A stretch of 64,000 nucleotides of DNA, taken from the NCBI GenBank assembly GCA_965603825.1, contig CBFDEM010000014.1, positions 496,001 to 560,000 of the forward strand. Direction: 5' to 3'. Positions 49,238 to 60,000 of this stretch are shown here, piece by piece. The first letter of the stretch is position 1, and the number at the start of each line of letters is the position of its first letter. The translations under genes and the position numbers were made by a program. This DNA is from Blepharisma stoltei ATCC 30299 (taxonomy: Eukaryota; Protista; Ciliophora). Under the pieces are notes generated by a model that saw only the letters and a list, made by a program, of their open reading frames with translations, was not told the DNA's origin and did no database searches.

Positions 49238-51946
49238 TTATTTCTTCTTTTTCTTATTTTTTGGCTTTTGCTTCTCTTGAAGTTTTGTAATTTTATCATT
49301 CAATCTTCTCTTAAGCTCTTCTTTTTGCAAATGAGAGCTTGAGCTATAATGTGGTTTTGGAATTGTATCTTTAAGCCCTTCCCTTGCACTTTGATGAGCA
49401 GCATCACCACACCCATGAACTTCTGCAACGCCATGAGAAAAGCAAAAAACTCCTCTGCAAAATTTGCATGTTTGCATCAAATTTACAATAGGCTTGTTGC
49501 AACCTTTATAGTTGCAATACTTATTTTGATTTATCAGCTGATCTAAAAATTCCATTTCATCAATATTTTCTCCTTCAGGAACTGCTTTAATTAGTTTATT
49601 TTTCTGTGGTTTTTCTTTTGTGATAATTTTAATGTCAACAACTTTATCTTCTTCTTTTTTTTCCTCTTCTTTATTAGTATTTATTTGTTTTTCACCTTTT
49701 TCTTCCTCATTTTCTTCGCTTTCTTCTAATTCTTCATCTTCAAATCTTTCAAATTCATGGTTATCATCAGGAATTTCATTTTTCATTATCAAAATGCTTT
49801 TAATTTTACCGCTTCCTCTTGAGTAATGGAACAATTTTAGTTTTTCACACAAATCATGGACTTGTTTTCTTTCAAAGCCATTTAAATCTCTTGCCATATA
49901 TTCTTCAGCATTTTTATTTTGCTTAAAAGATTTAACTTCTTCTAGAATTTGGTTTAAATCATTTTTACTCTGAATTTTAGCTTCATGCCACTCTTTAAAT
50001 TGCTGGGCTTGGCTTTTTACGTTTTTCTTTGGTTTTTTATCTGACTTTTTCTTAGGCATTTTTTCTTCCTCAAAATCTTCTACTATTATCGGGTTAGTGG
50101 CACCAATATTAAACAAATTAGGATTCCTTAATTCTGCATTGGCGTTAAAATATTGGCACATCCTTTGTAAAAACTCAGGAGATTTGGAATTACCAACTGT
50201 ATCAGAGTCTCCTACCAGACAAACTAATTTTCTCGCTCTTGTGATTGCTACGTTCATTCTTCTAAAGTCTTTTAAAAACCCGACATCTTTTTTATTATTA
50301 GACCTCACAAGTGACATAATAACAACGTCTTTTTCTCTGCCCTGGAATCCATCCACAGTTGAAATTTCCACATTTTGTATATAATTTTTCAATAATTCAA
50401 CCTGAGCATTATAAGGGGTAATTACCGCAATGTCTTTTTCCCCAGCCTCCAGAAGCTCTTGCACTAAGTCCCTAACAATATCAACTTCCTTTAAATTGTA
50501 TTTAGAGGCACTTCCAGCATCATTAAACCCTGCACCATTAGTATCTACAAATACTAAAGGACCAGGCTCATAATTGGCTAATCTATGCTCAGCGACTGAA
50601 GGATCAGCTTGAAGTCTTCCATTATAAAATTCTTGGCTTGATCATGTCATAATTAGCCTATGCATCCTATATTGTAACTCAAGCATTCTTGTTGTTTCTG
50701 AATTAATCCTGCATATTCTTGCCATAAGTGTGACATCTAAGCCTCCTTTGACAGCTTTTTCACTCTTGATGGTAGGAGGCAGCTGATTGTGGTCTCCAGC
50801 CATAATTAATTTTTTACCAAGCAAAATTGGGATCCAGCAGCTTGCTTCAAGAGCTTGTGCGGCTTCATCAATTATAACTAAATCAAAGCCCTTGATTTTT
50901 TCAGCGAACTTTTGCAAGAATTTGTGTCCTGCTGATATATTTGTAGTCAAAATTACATTACTCTTGGAAAAAACTTCATCAATTCCTTTGTTGCTTCGCA
51001 TTTTCTTTTCTTTTTCGAGAGATCGCAAGTGTCTTTTAAGCTCTCTTGCAGCAATTCCTTTTAATCCTTGGAGCTGCCGATTAATTTGCATTATTTCTCG
51101 GTTGATATCATCATTAAGGGATGCTTGATCTGACAGCTTTAAAAGATTGTCTAAAGAATACTTGCTTATGTGAGGAATCATCCTTGCAGGATGCCCAATT
51201 CTGCATATGCTAGTTTTTCCATCTAATTTTTCCACTAAGTTATCTACAGCAATATTAGAAGATGCAGTAGCAAGGACTTTTAGCCCTTTACTTACAGCCT
51301 GCAATATCACTTCAATAACTGTCGTCGTTTTCCCTGTCCCCGGCGGTCCATGTATTATTCCTACATCCAAGCACTCATTCATCACAAATTGTACAGCATT
51401 TTGTTGAATTTGGTTCAAATCCTGGTTAATTATTTGCACTATGTTATCCGGCTGCTTTATCCTCGGAGCAGACTCCCCAAGCAACACTTGTGATAAATTA
51501 TACGCATGAGACTCAGTCTTCAAGGCAAGCACGTTTTCTATTGCTTTTCTCTGTTTCTGGAAAGTGACTTCATTAGCAAGCATTACAATAGAGCATGAGA
51601 CTTCTTGTAAGCTAAAACTATCACATGCAATGATGATGTGATCTGAAGAAATTTTATAAACAATTCCTTCATCTTCAGGATCAGTAATGTCACTGGAAAA
51701 TATCCCTACCACGTCTCCAGCTCCAAACTTGTTTGTCGGTAATTTTCCGAACGGTTTAGCTAATTTCACTAAAAGTCGGCCAAATAGTCCGGCTTTGACT
51801 CCTTTGCAAGTTAATTTCTTAATTAAAACACCTTCATTTTCTAGCACTTTGTGACTGCATTTTGTCCTGTGTGTGTAGTTTTCCTCTTCCTCAGCTTTGT
51901 GCTCTGTTTGAAGTAGCTCTAGCTGATGCCTGAGGTGTTTTTCCAT
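49238..51946 (-). CDS. IGHMBP2: SF1 helicase IGHMBP2/SMUBP-2 with R3H and AN1 zinc finger
   Basis: HGPPGTGKT, IIDEAAQ, GDHNQLPP, QYRMH..IMTWSS (TGA), VDGFQGRE, RRMNVAITRAR; R3H ERKQVH; AN1 C..C..CKFC..FC..H..HGC. Confidence 0.93.
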
Positions 51947-51973
51947 TAAAAAAGTATATTTAAATAAAGTTTA

Positions 51974-53119
51974 TTAATGTATAGAGCATGATTTGTCTGA
52001 AGTTTCAGTGCTAATTTCTGAGACTAGCTGTCTAATCTCAGAGAGTTCTTCTTTAACGCCTTGAATCCCTTCACTTATCGACTTTCCTTCCAGCTCAGTA
52101 ATTGGGCCAGGGCCTAATATAAAGCTTAAATTTACATTTTGTCCTGTAAATATGCTTTTAGCCAAACATTTCAGCAATGAAAGTTCTTTTTTTACTAGCG
52201 CGACTTCTCTGGCATATGCTCTATTTTGAATGGCAGAGTCTTTTCCAACTATTTGTTGACGTTGCTCCTGATACAGCTCTTTCTTCAAATTATTATTTTC
52301 ATTTATCAGCTGGTTTTGCATGCCTTCAAGGTCTTTTAATTGATTCTGAATTTTATTGCACTCTTCTTGGCTTATCGTTATTTCTTTCAGCTGTTTTAAG
52401 CTTGAGCTAAGCTGGGTGTAATTCTGCTTTAATTCAAAATTTTTATGCAAAAGTTCTTCTTGTGAAGGAAATTGAGGTAGATTTTCTAATTCATTGTTAG
52501 CCTGCTTTAAAAGTTTTATTTCGCTTTCTAATTTTGTTTTGGTTTCTAAATTGTCATTCAAATAACCATGCAGATGTTTATTTTCCGATTTAACTCTTTC
52601 TTCTTCACTTTCAGTCAAGCTTTTAAGCCTCTTCTTAAGCTCTTTGTTTTTCGTTTCAGTTTCGTTCAAAATTTTCCTTTTTTCTTCATCTTGAGCTTTG
52701 TGTGCAAGTAAGCCTTTGATATTTTGGTCATATTCCTGCATGTTTCTTTTAATGTATTGCATACGCTGTGCTTGGCTGTTTATGTCTTTTTTGTATTTGT
52801 CGATCAATAGGTCAATTTTTTCACTTTTTTGGCTACTGCTGGCGCTGCGATAAGAATTGGAGTCTTGATAAATATTGGAGATATCGTTGAGGCCTTTTGG
52901 AATGTTGGTGTCAATGGATTTTTCTTGCCGCTTATTTTGAGGAACTGACCTTCTTCCTCTGACGGGGGTAGGATTTGGGCTATTATAAGTTTTTGAGAGT
53001 TTGTATTTAGGAATATTTTGAGATATTGAAATTGTTGCTGAGGTATCAGATGGGACACAAAGAAAACCTTTTTGAGAGGAAATGGAATCGATACTCTTGT
53101 GGGAATTGTTCCCTGACAT
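51974..53119 (-). CDS. Hypothetical coiled-coil protein
   Basis: Long ORF from ATG 53119; Ser/Pro-rich N-terminus then heptads; ends CSIH (CaaX-like). Confidence 0.75.
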   Translation of the reverse strand: MSGNNSHKSIDSISSQKGFLCVPSDTSATISISQNIPKYKLSKTYNSPNPTPVRGRRSVPQNKRQEKSIDTNIPKGLNDISNIYQDSNSYRSASSSQKSEKIDLLIDKYKKDINSQAQRMQYIKRNMQEYDQNIKGLLAHKAQDEEKRKILNETETKNKELKKRLKSLTESEEERVKSENKHLHGYLNDNLETKTKLESEIKLLKQANNELENLPQFPSQEELLHKNFELKQNYTQLSSSLKQLKEITISQEECNKIQNQLKDLEGMQNQLINENNNLKKELYQEQRQQIVGKDSAIQNRAYAREVALVKKELSLLKCLAKSIFTGQNVNLSFILGPGPITELEGKSISEGIQGVKEELSEIRQLVSEISTETSDKSCSIH

Positions 53120-53386
53120 TTTGAATTTTAAATTGAATTTGTCTAAGAAAACTTTTAGCTTTCTCAAATTATAATGCTTTTATTCTTAGATAAATAAAAA
53201 TGATTAGCATGATAAATGAGCTTTATAATCTCTTTAGGCTTAGCCAGCCTTTACCCTTTGTAAGTGGCCATTAAATAATATTAAAATATTCATGGTTATA
53301 CTAATATAAACTAAACTATTCTCTTTCAAATTCTATGACATCTGATGAAATCTCTTTATTAAAAGTTGAACATACTTGTTGATAAA

Positions 53387-54430
53387 ATGGTAAACAAACT
53401 GTTGGTTTTCCTGGTTGCGCTATTCCTTGCTAATGGAAGTTATCTTCGTCCAGATCTTCATAGGTGGGGTGATCACGAATTTGATGAGGATTCTCTAATC
53501 GTCCCAGAGCAAAATATAACCAGACCAGTTATTGGGATCCTCACAATCCCAATTTTCCCATACAATAATTGGAATACCACAGCAACAACTTATATTGCTG
53601 CTTCTTATGTTAAATACGTCGAAATGGGAGGCGCACGAGTTGTCCCTCTTAGGTCAGACCACAGCTATGAAGAGCTGAATTATTTATTTACCAGACTCAA
53701 TGGCATCCTTTTTACCGGGGGTACTGCAAATTTATTTGATAACAGCACCTACCCAGTTCCAACCCTAGGCCCTGACTACGCAGCAAAAGCTTGCTACCTT
53801 TACAACTTAGTCAAACAAGCTAACGACAATGGCATTTATTACCCTCTTTGGGCAACTTGCTTAGGATTCGAAACCATCCAAATCTGCGAAAACACTGAAT
53901 ACGCCACACTTGGAAACTTCAATGGTGAGCCTCCATATATCAGAGCTAACAACTTCACCAAGAAAGCTTATACAAGCCGCATTTTCAATAACATTGGCAG
54001 AAGATATGGAGAAGTCATGATGAGAGTTATGACAGAAAAACAAACTTCGCTTCTTTCTCATTCAAATGGAATTTCGACTTCTATGTATTCTTACCAGAAT
54101 AACTTGACTGAGTTCTTTGATGTGCTCAGTGTTATGCATGATAAAAGCGGAAACCCGTTTGTAGCAATGATAGAGGCTAAAGATTACCCTATTTACGGGA
54201 CTCAATTCCACCCAGAGAAGAACATTTATGAGTGGTCTCCTGCTTCTCCTCAGCCTCATGACTTTTATTCCGTTAAGGCTTCGACTTATTTGTCGAATTT
54301 CTTTGTCTCTGAAGCAAGAAGAAATAACAACACTTTTGAGAGTGAACAAGTGCTGCAGCCTTATTTGATTTACAACTGGTGGCCTCTGTACACGAATAAT
54401 TATTTCACTCAAACCTATGAGTTTAAGTAA
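53387..54430 (+). CDS. GGH: Gamma-glutamyl hydrolase (peptidase C26), secreted/lysosomal
   Basis: Signal peptide; RPVIGIL, YIAASYVK, GILFTGG, ATCLGFE (Cys), TQFHPEK (His). Confidence 0.95.
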   Translation: MVNKLLVFLVALFLANGSYLRPDLHRWGDHEFDEDSLIVPEQNITRPVIGILTIPIFPYNNWNTTATTYIAASYVKYVEMGGARVVPLRSDHSYEELNYLFTRLNGILFTGGTANLFDNSTYPVPTLGPDYAAKACYLYNLVKQANDNGIYYPLWATCLGFETIQICENTEYATLGNFNGEPPYIRANNFTKKAYTSRIFNNIGRRYGEVMMRVMTEKQTSLLSHSNGISTSMYSYQNNLTEFFDVLSVMHDKSGNPFVAMIEAKDYPIYGTQFHPEKNIYEWSPASPQPHDFYSVKASTYLSNFFVSEARRNNNTFESEQVLQPYLIYNWWPLYTNNYFTQTYEFK

Positions 54431-54630
54431 ATTTATTATTGCTTCTAGATGATAATTAGTTTTTATAAAATATACATGAAATTGATTGGAAGAGTTATAC
54501 GAGCTTGTGATTGACATAGGTTCAATGGAACGCTTGTCACCCGGGCTCCCTCTATTTCGGACAATTTTGATTCAGATAGCATTGACTATCCAAACTTCGA
54601 CTTATCCTATAAGTAAATATTGAATCAATA

Positions 54631-54696
54631 AATTCAGCAGGAAGGCAGTAGAGAGTAATAGACATCACTAATAAGTGCTCTCTTATCATCAATAAA
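54631..54696 (-). ncRNA. Box C/D snoRNA, snR52/SNORD83-like (SSU rRNA Am420, yeast numbering)
   Basis: Box C TTGATGA (54686-92), C' GTGATGT, box D CTGA (54634-37). Guide CTGCCTTCCT is complementary to conserved SSU AGGAAGGCAG; the D+5 rule points to the first A of GGAAGG. Confidence 0.8.
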
Positions 54697-54703
54697 GTTT
54701 TAT

Positions 54704-54764
54704 AAATCAGTGGAAGGAGAAGCTCTCATAGGTAATCGAGCGGTCATAAGCTATCATCACCATA
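54704..54764 (-). ncRNA. Box C/D snoRNA targeting SSU rRNA 3' region GGAAGGAGAAG
   Basis: Box C GTGATGA (54754-60), box D CTGA (54707-10). 11-nt guide CTTCTCCTTCC is complementary to SSU AGAGGAAGGAGAAGTCGTAACAAGG. Confidence 0.8.
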
Positions 54765-55007
54765 TTTAATTATAAAATATCATAATTCTTACTTAAATTA
54801 TGCATATTGTAAATATGATCAAATCTCTTAAAGCAAGCTTATAAATTTCATAGAATGATAAAATTATAAACCTTCAATTATTTATAACTTCAGGTTTATT
54901 AGTAAATATTTTTCCATTAAGACTGTAAAAAAATATATATATAATGCTTTCAGAAGCTATTTGGCTCATTTCCTACTTATTGAAAACATAATTATATTTT
55001 TCGTAAT

Positions 55008-55760
55008 ATGGAACCCGTGATAACTCCAATTTACGTAAGAGATTTTGCCAGAAAAGCACTAGACCTAATGAATCCTAAGCCACAAAAAGAAGAGCCAGTA
55101 ATAGAGCGAGAACCCAGAGAGCCTGTCGAAGGTCCAGGAAGAAAAATTGGATTAACAGATTATAAAAAGTGGGAAGAGTTCAAAGCAGACGAAGAGGAAG
55201 AAGAAAAGAAAAAAGAGGAATATGCCAAAACAATGTGCTCTCAAGATCACAGAAAAGAAATCGAATTATTTGAAAGACCCAATCCAGAAAAGCTAGAAGC
55301 TGCTTCACAATTTAAAAAGCAAGGAAACGATGCCTTCAAAGAGAAAAATTATTCCTTAGCTGCGCTGTTTTATAGAAAAGGTTTACTACAATTAGACTAC
55401 ACTTTCCCAGAAAATCCTTCTGAAGAAGATAAATTCAAAGAACTGGAATTGACTTTGCACCTAAATATGTCTTTAGCAAAATTCCATATGGACGAGCTGG
55501 ATGAAACTTTAACACATGCAGGGCAAGCTTTAAGAGTTCAGCCAAATCATCCTAAAGCGCTATTTAGGAGGGCTCAAGTATTTTTTAAAAGAGATTTAAT
55601 TGATGATTGCAGAAAAGAAGTCCAGAAAATTCTTGAGCAAAACTCAAGTAATGTTGAAGCACAAGAGCTGCTGAGAGAGCTAGATAAAAAAGTAGCAAGG
55701 TATAAAAACAAAGAAAAACAAATATTCAAAGCTATGGTTTCCTCTGAAGAAGGTAATTAA
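55008..55760 (+). CDS. TPR protein (FKBP/cyclophilin-40-type three-TPR co-chaperone domain)
   Basis: DYKKWE; KKQGNDAFK..Y..A..Y; LHLNMSLA; KALFRRAQ. Confidence 0.85.
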   Translation: MEPVITPIYVRDFARKALDLMNPKPQKEEPVIEREPREPVEGPGRKIGLTDYKKWEEFKADEEEEEKKKEEYAKTMCSQDHRKEIELFERPNPEKLEAASQFKKQGNDAFKEKNYSLAALFYRKGLLQLDYTFPENPSEEDKFKELELTLHLNMSLAKFHMDELDETLTHAGQALRVQPNHPKALFRRAQVFFKRDLIDDCRKEVQKILEQNSSNVEAQELLRELDKKVARYKNKEKQIFKAMVSSEEGN

Positions 55761-55847
55761 TTATTATATCTATTGCTTATGAGATATAGAAATAATTTTA
55801 TTCGTGGTATTTCTATTTTTAAATTAGTTTAGCCAGTAATGTTTTTT

Positions 55848-56657
55848 CTAATTGAGTTTTAGTAGCCTATTTAATTTTCCAGTATCAAACTTATCAGAAA
55901 TTTCTAGCAAATAATTTAGTAAGTCTTCAATCGAGGATTTTCGTTTTTCAATTACTCTAATATCAAATCTTCCTAGTTTTGGCCACACACACGCAAGTCA
56001 CTCAAAATAAGTTTTCTTGGGAAAAGGAAATTTCTTTAGCTCAGGATAAACTCTAATAATTTCACTTCTCAACGCAGAGATATCTGAATATCTCAATTCT
56101 AAATTTCAATTGGTCCCATCTATCTTATTTACTGTAACCTGATATAGCGTAAAGGCATCTTCACCTCTTATAATTATCCGGTAATCGCTGACTCTAACAT
56201 TCAATTCATTTTTCAATATATAGTTCGAAATCTTTACATATATATGCAGCTGCGGCGACTCTCCTAAATTGCTAATTAACCCTGTTTTCAAAATTCCCGC
56301 AATATTCCCTGACGATTTTTTATTTTCTGACCCAAAAGCAACCCACATATCTTTAGCTTTTTCCCCATATTCAACGAGATCATTATACAAAAACGTGATT
56401 CTCCCTACTTCATATTCTCCGTCTTCATCAGTAGTATAAAGTGATGCGATTAATGGCTGGGAAGGCTCCAAAAAGATTTCAATCTCTTGATTTCACAGAT
56501 GCTTCATGTCTCCCTTTGCGATCCCTACTCCTGTCCTAAAGTGTTTATCGCCGTTCTGGAAAATTATAAAAGGCTTGATGCTAAAATCAGCTAATAAATG
56601 CAGATTGGCTCCTTCTATTATGCTTAAAATTAGAGGCGTTGGAGGCAATTTTTGCAT
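55848..56657 (-). CDS. C2 domain + PX domain protein
   Basis: 270 codons with TGA=Trp. LSIIEGANL..PFI..RT..WNQEI (C2); TLYQV..LRYSDI..FPFPKK..IEKRK (PX). Confidence 0.8.
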
Positions 56658-56666
56658 TAATTAATT

Positions 56667-56984
56667 ATGAGTAACAAAAAGACCAATATTTCACACAAGG
56701 TCCTGAAGATGAAATTCATGACCAAAAATAACGCAGAAGGAGAAAATAATAAGAAAATTGTTATAAAAGAAGAGGAAAAGTGAAGCCTAAAGCATCTTTA
56801 TAAGAATGTAAAAGATGATAAAAAATCGGAAATCTTGGATGAGGAAAATACAACACGCATGTCGTTTGGGAATTTTAATCCTTGCTTTGAGGTAAAAAAG
56901 AAAAGAGGAAGAGCAGCTGAAGGAGAAATAGTGGAAGAAGGAAGAAAACAGCAGAAATTAAGTGGAAAGCATACAGATAAATAA
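56667..56984 (+). CDS. MPP6: MPP6-like exosome cofactor (absent from ORF track)
   Basis: MSNKKTNISHKVLKMKFM..EEKW(TGA)..RMSFGNFNP matches the MPP6 motifs MKFM, W and RxSFxxFNP. Confidence 0.78.
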
Positions 56985-57091
56985 TTCATTTTAAAAAATT
57001 AGAAATAATGAATTTGAAGTGTTTGAAGGATGGATTAGTTATTAATATTTTTGTCTTTAGCATCAAAGAGCCCTGATTAAATAATTAAAAT

Positions 57092-60000
57092 ATGGCAGAT
57101 CGACCAAGGCGTGCTCAAAAAGCCCGCAATGAAACCTCCAAGTCAAAATCGCAACCAAAAGCTCCAAAAATCCTATACCAAAAAGATGAAGGGCTAGCAA
57201 TTAAAGCAAATAATTCATTCAGGTTCTGCATCGCTCTAGAAGATGTATTAGCCAAAAACCAATCATTTCTGGCACTTACACTAAAAGAGGCGGGTCAAGA
57301 AAATAAATACCAGAAGCTTAAGGAAGAAAGAATTCCTATAGGTGACGTTATAATGGAGGCTGTGCTCAAAAAAGACGGGAAATTTTTCAAGATAACCAAA
57401 AAGCAGCTGCAAGACGTCAAAAATACATTTAAAACAAAATATAAGCAGCTCACAATTGATGGCAAAGAAGATGAGTCAGAAGAAGAAGAGCAAGAAGAAA
57501 TTAAACAGCCTGTGAAGAAAATAGCTAAAAAATCAGCATCGCCAAAGCCAAAAGAAGAAAAGAAAAATGAAAAAGCTTCACCTGTTAAGAAAAAAGTAGA
57601 GCCAGCAGCAAATGCAAGACTTACCAGATCAAAATCAATAGAAGAGTCTCAAAAAACCAAAGTAGCAAAAAAGAAATCTCCAGAGAAAATTGTAAAGAAT
57701 GAGTTAAGTTATGAAGAAGAAAGCGAGGAAGAGAGCGAAGAAGAAAAGCCAGCAGCAAAAACTCAAAAACCAAGAAGGGCAGATCCGATGGATGAAGACT
57801 TCAGTGAAGAAGACGTCAAACCTAAAAAAAGAACTGCTGCAAAATCTCAAAAAGCAGCAAAGCCTATAAAAAAGGCTAAAAACCCAAAACTCCCCACAAC
57901 CTACAAAAAAGGCAAATACAATCCAGCAGTCCAAGTCCTTGACTTTACCAAGCACATGCTAGATCCTTCAAACGATCCATTTTTCGACGTATCCGTCCTA
58001 ATGAACAACAAAAATCTCCACAGGGCTTGTGCAACCAACAACAAAGCTTTATTTAAAAAACTTTTAAACTCAAAAGAAAAAATTAGTTCAATTCTAGCTC
58101 CATGAAGTGCCGACTGCCGAGTCACTGGTTTAGAGCTTGCAATTATGAATAATAATGATCAATTCGTAAAAGAAATAGTCAAAGAAGTAATAACCCCCAC
58201 AATAAAGCGCGCCCATCCTCCTCAAGTTGGGATAACCCAAGTAGGCACTGGAAGTGTAAGCATTGAAGCCTATGGGGTTATGACAAGAAAAGTTCAGATG
58301 TCTCGAGGGGGAAGAGAAGGAAATAATGCATTTCTTGGGGATATCCCACAGAATGATCATATAAATCAACTTGTTTACGATGTGAAGTGGCTAGAAAGGC
58401 TATATTTAAGTAACTGCTCAGAAAATATCCTGAACTTATTGAGAACGATGATTCCTAACTTTGAAAATACTATATGTGGTACTGTTGGTGAATGCGTGCG
58501 AGCCGGCAATATAGCACTTTCTTCGTACTTAATGGCCCTTGCAATAAAAAATGGTGGATATGGCTTTAACATGCTCCATGAAGAAGTTTTTAAAGATGGC
58601 CCACTGTCTCCATTCAAAAAGGTTTCCATCACCAAAAAGCCAATAATGAATTACTTAGTTGCTCCACTCCATTGTGCATGCATAAATCCTGACTCCACCC
58701 ACCTTAAAGAGTTGATCTCACAATGTGATGACATTAATTACCCAGACATGGAAGGCAGAAAATCCATCCATTACGCAGCAGCTTGTACCTCTGCAGAGCC
58801 TCTCAAAGTTTTGCTTGATCATGGAATGAACCCAAATGATATGAGTCGAGATAAAATGACTCCTTTAATGGTAGCTGCTAAACTAAATAGAGTGGAAAAT
58901 GCTGAAATTCTGCTTGGAAAAGGAGTAAATGCTAATATTAAGGATAAAAAAGGATATGCTGCTTTACACTATGCAGCAGAATATGGATGCATTGAGATGA
59001 TAAAATGTTTACTTGAGCATGGAGCCACTGTAGATCAGCCTGGCCCTGACAGAAAGACCCCAATGATGCTAGCATCAGTCCAGGGACATTTTGAGTGTGT
59101 TCAAGTACTCATTGATAACAAAGCTAAAGTTCTTAAAAGAGATAAATGCAGAAGAACTGCATTAACCCTAGCAGTGAAAAACGGCCAAGCAAAGGTTGTT
59201 AGCCTTTTATTACAAAACGGCTCTGATTTTAATGACCCAGACTCGTCTAAAAATTATCCAATTCACTATGCCGCTGCTTATGGCTGGATAGAGTGCATTG
59301 ATTTATTAATCCAAGCTGGAGCTGACATCAATGCAGTTAATGACTGAAAGCTGCAGCCTCTATTAGTAGCAATGCTAATGGGGCAAACTGGCTGTGTTGA
59401 CAGACTTTTAAAAGAGCCAAACTGTGATGTAAACTGTAAAGATGAAGAAGGAAGAACCCTGCTTTCTCAAGCCATAGAAATGCTTTCTATAGAAACTTTA
59501 TCTCAGATCAAGTTTTTATTAAAAGAAAAAGGAGCTGACCCCAATATTGCTGATCGAAATGGTATGACTGCTTTACATTATTTGTGCAGAAAAGGAAAGC
59601 CTGTTTGCCAGATTCCTAATTTGACTCCTTATGAAATAAAAGACTGGGAAGATCAAGCTTCAGACTTCCAACATGAAGCCCTTGAGCTGCTTATTGAGTT
59701 TGGCGCTGACGTGAATTTAAAATGCAAAAGCGAAAACACTCCTTTACTATATGCCCTGCAAGCAAAAAATATCAGAATCTTCCAAGCATTGATACATAAA
59801 GAAGCAGATTTAGCTATTACTAGCAAAAACGGAGGAGGAATTTTCCATAAATTAGCCTGCTTGGATACAGATTTTCTGGGAATGTATCATCAGTTGCTAA
59901 ATATGCCCAGAGTTGTAAGTGCTGCGATTGATATTGTTGACGATAATGGTTTTACCCCATTTTTAAAGCTTATTGATGAATTTGCTTCAAATCATTCAAC

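Noticed and set aside
54479-54630. Telomerase RNA, U4/U5 snRNA or SECIS assignment for the structured element
   Set aside because: TGTCA is not followed by a telomeric template; no U5 loop or U6-pairing 5' end; the upstream GGH has no in-frame TGA.
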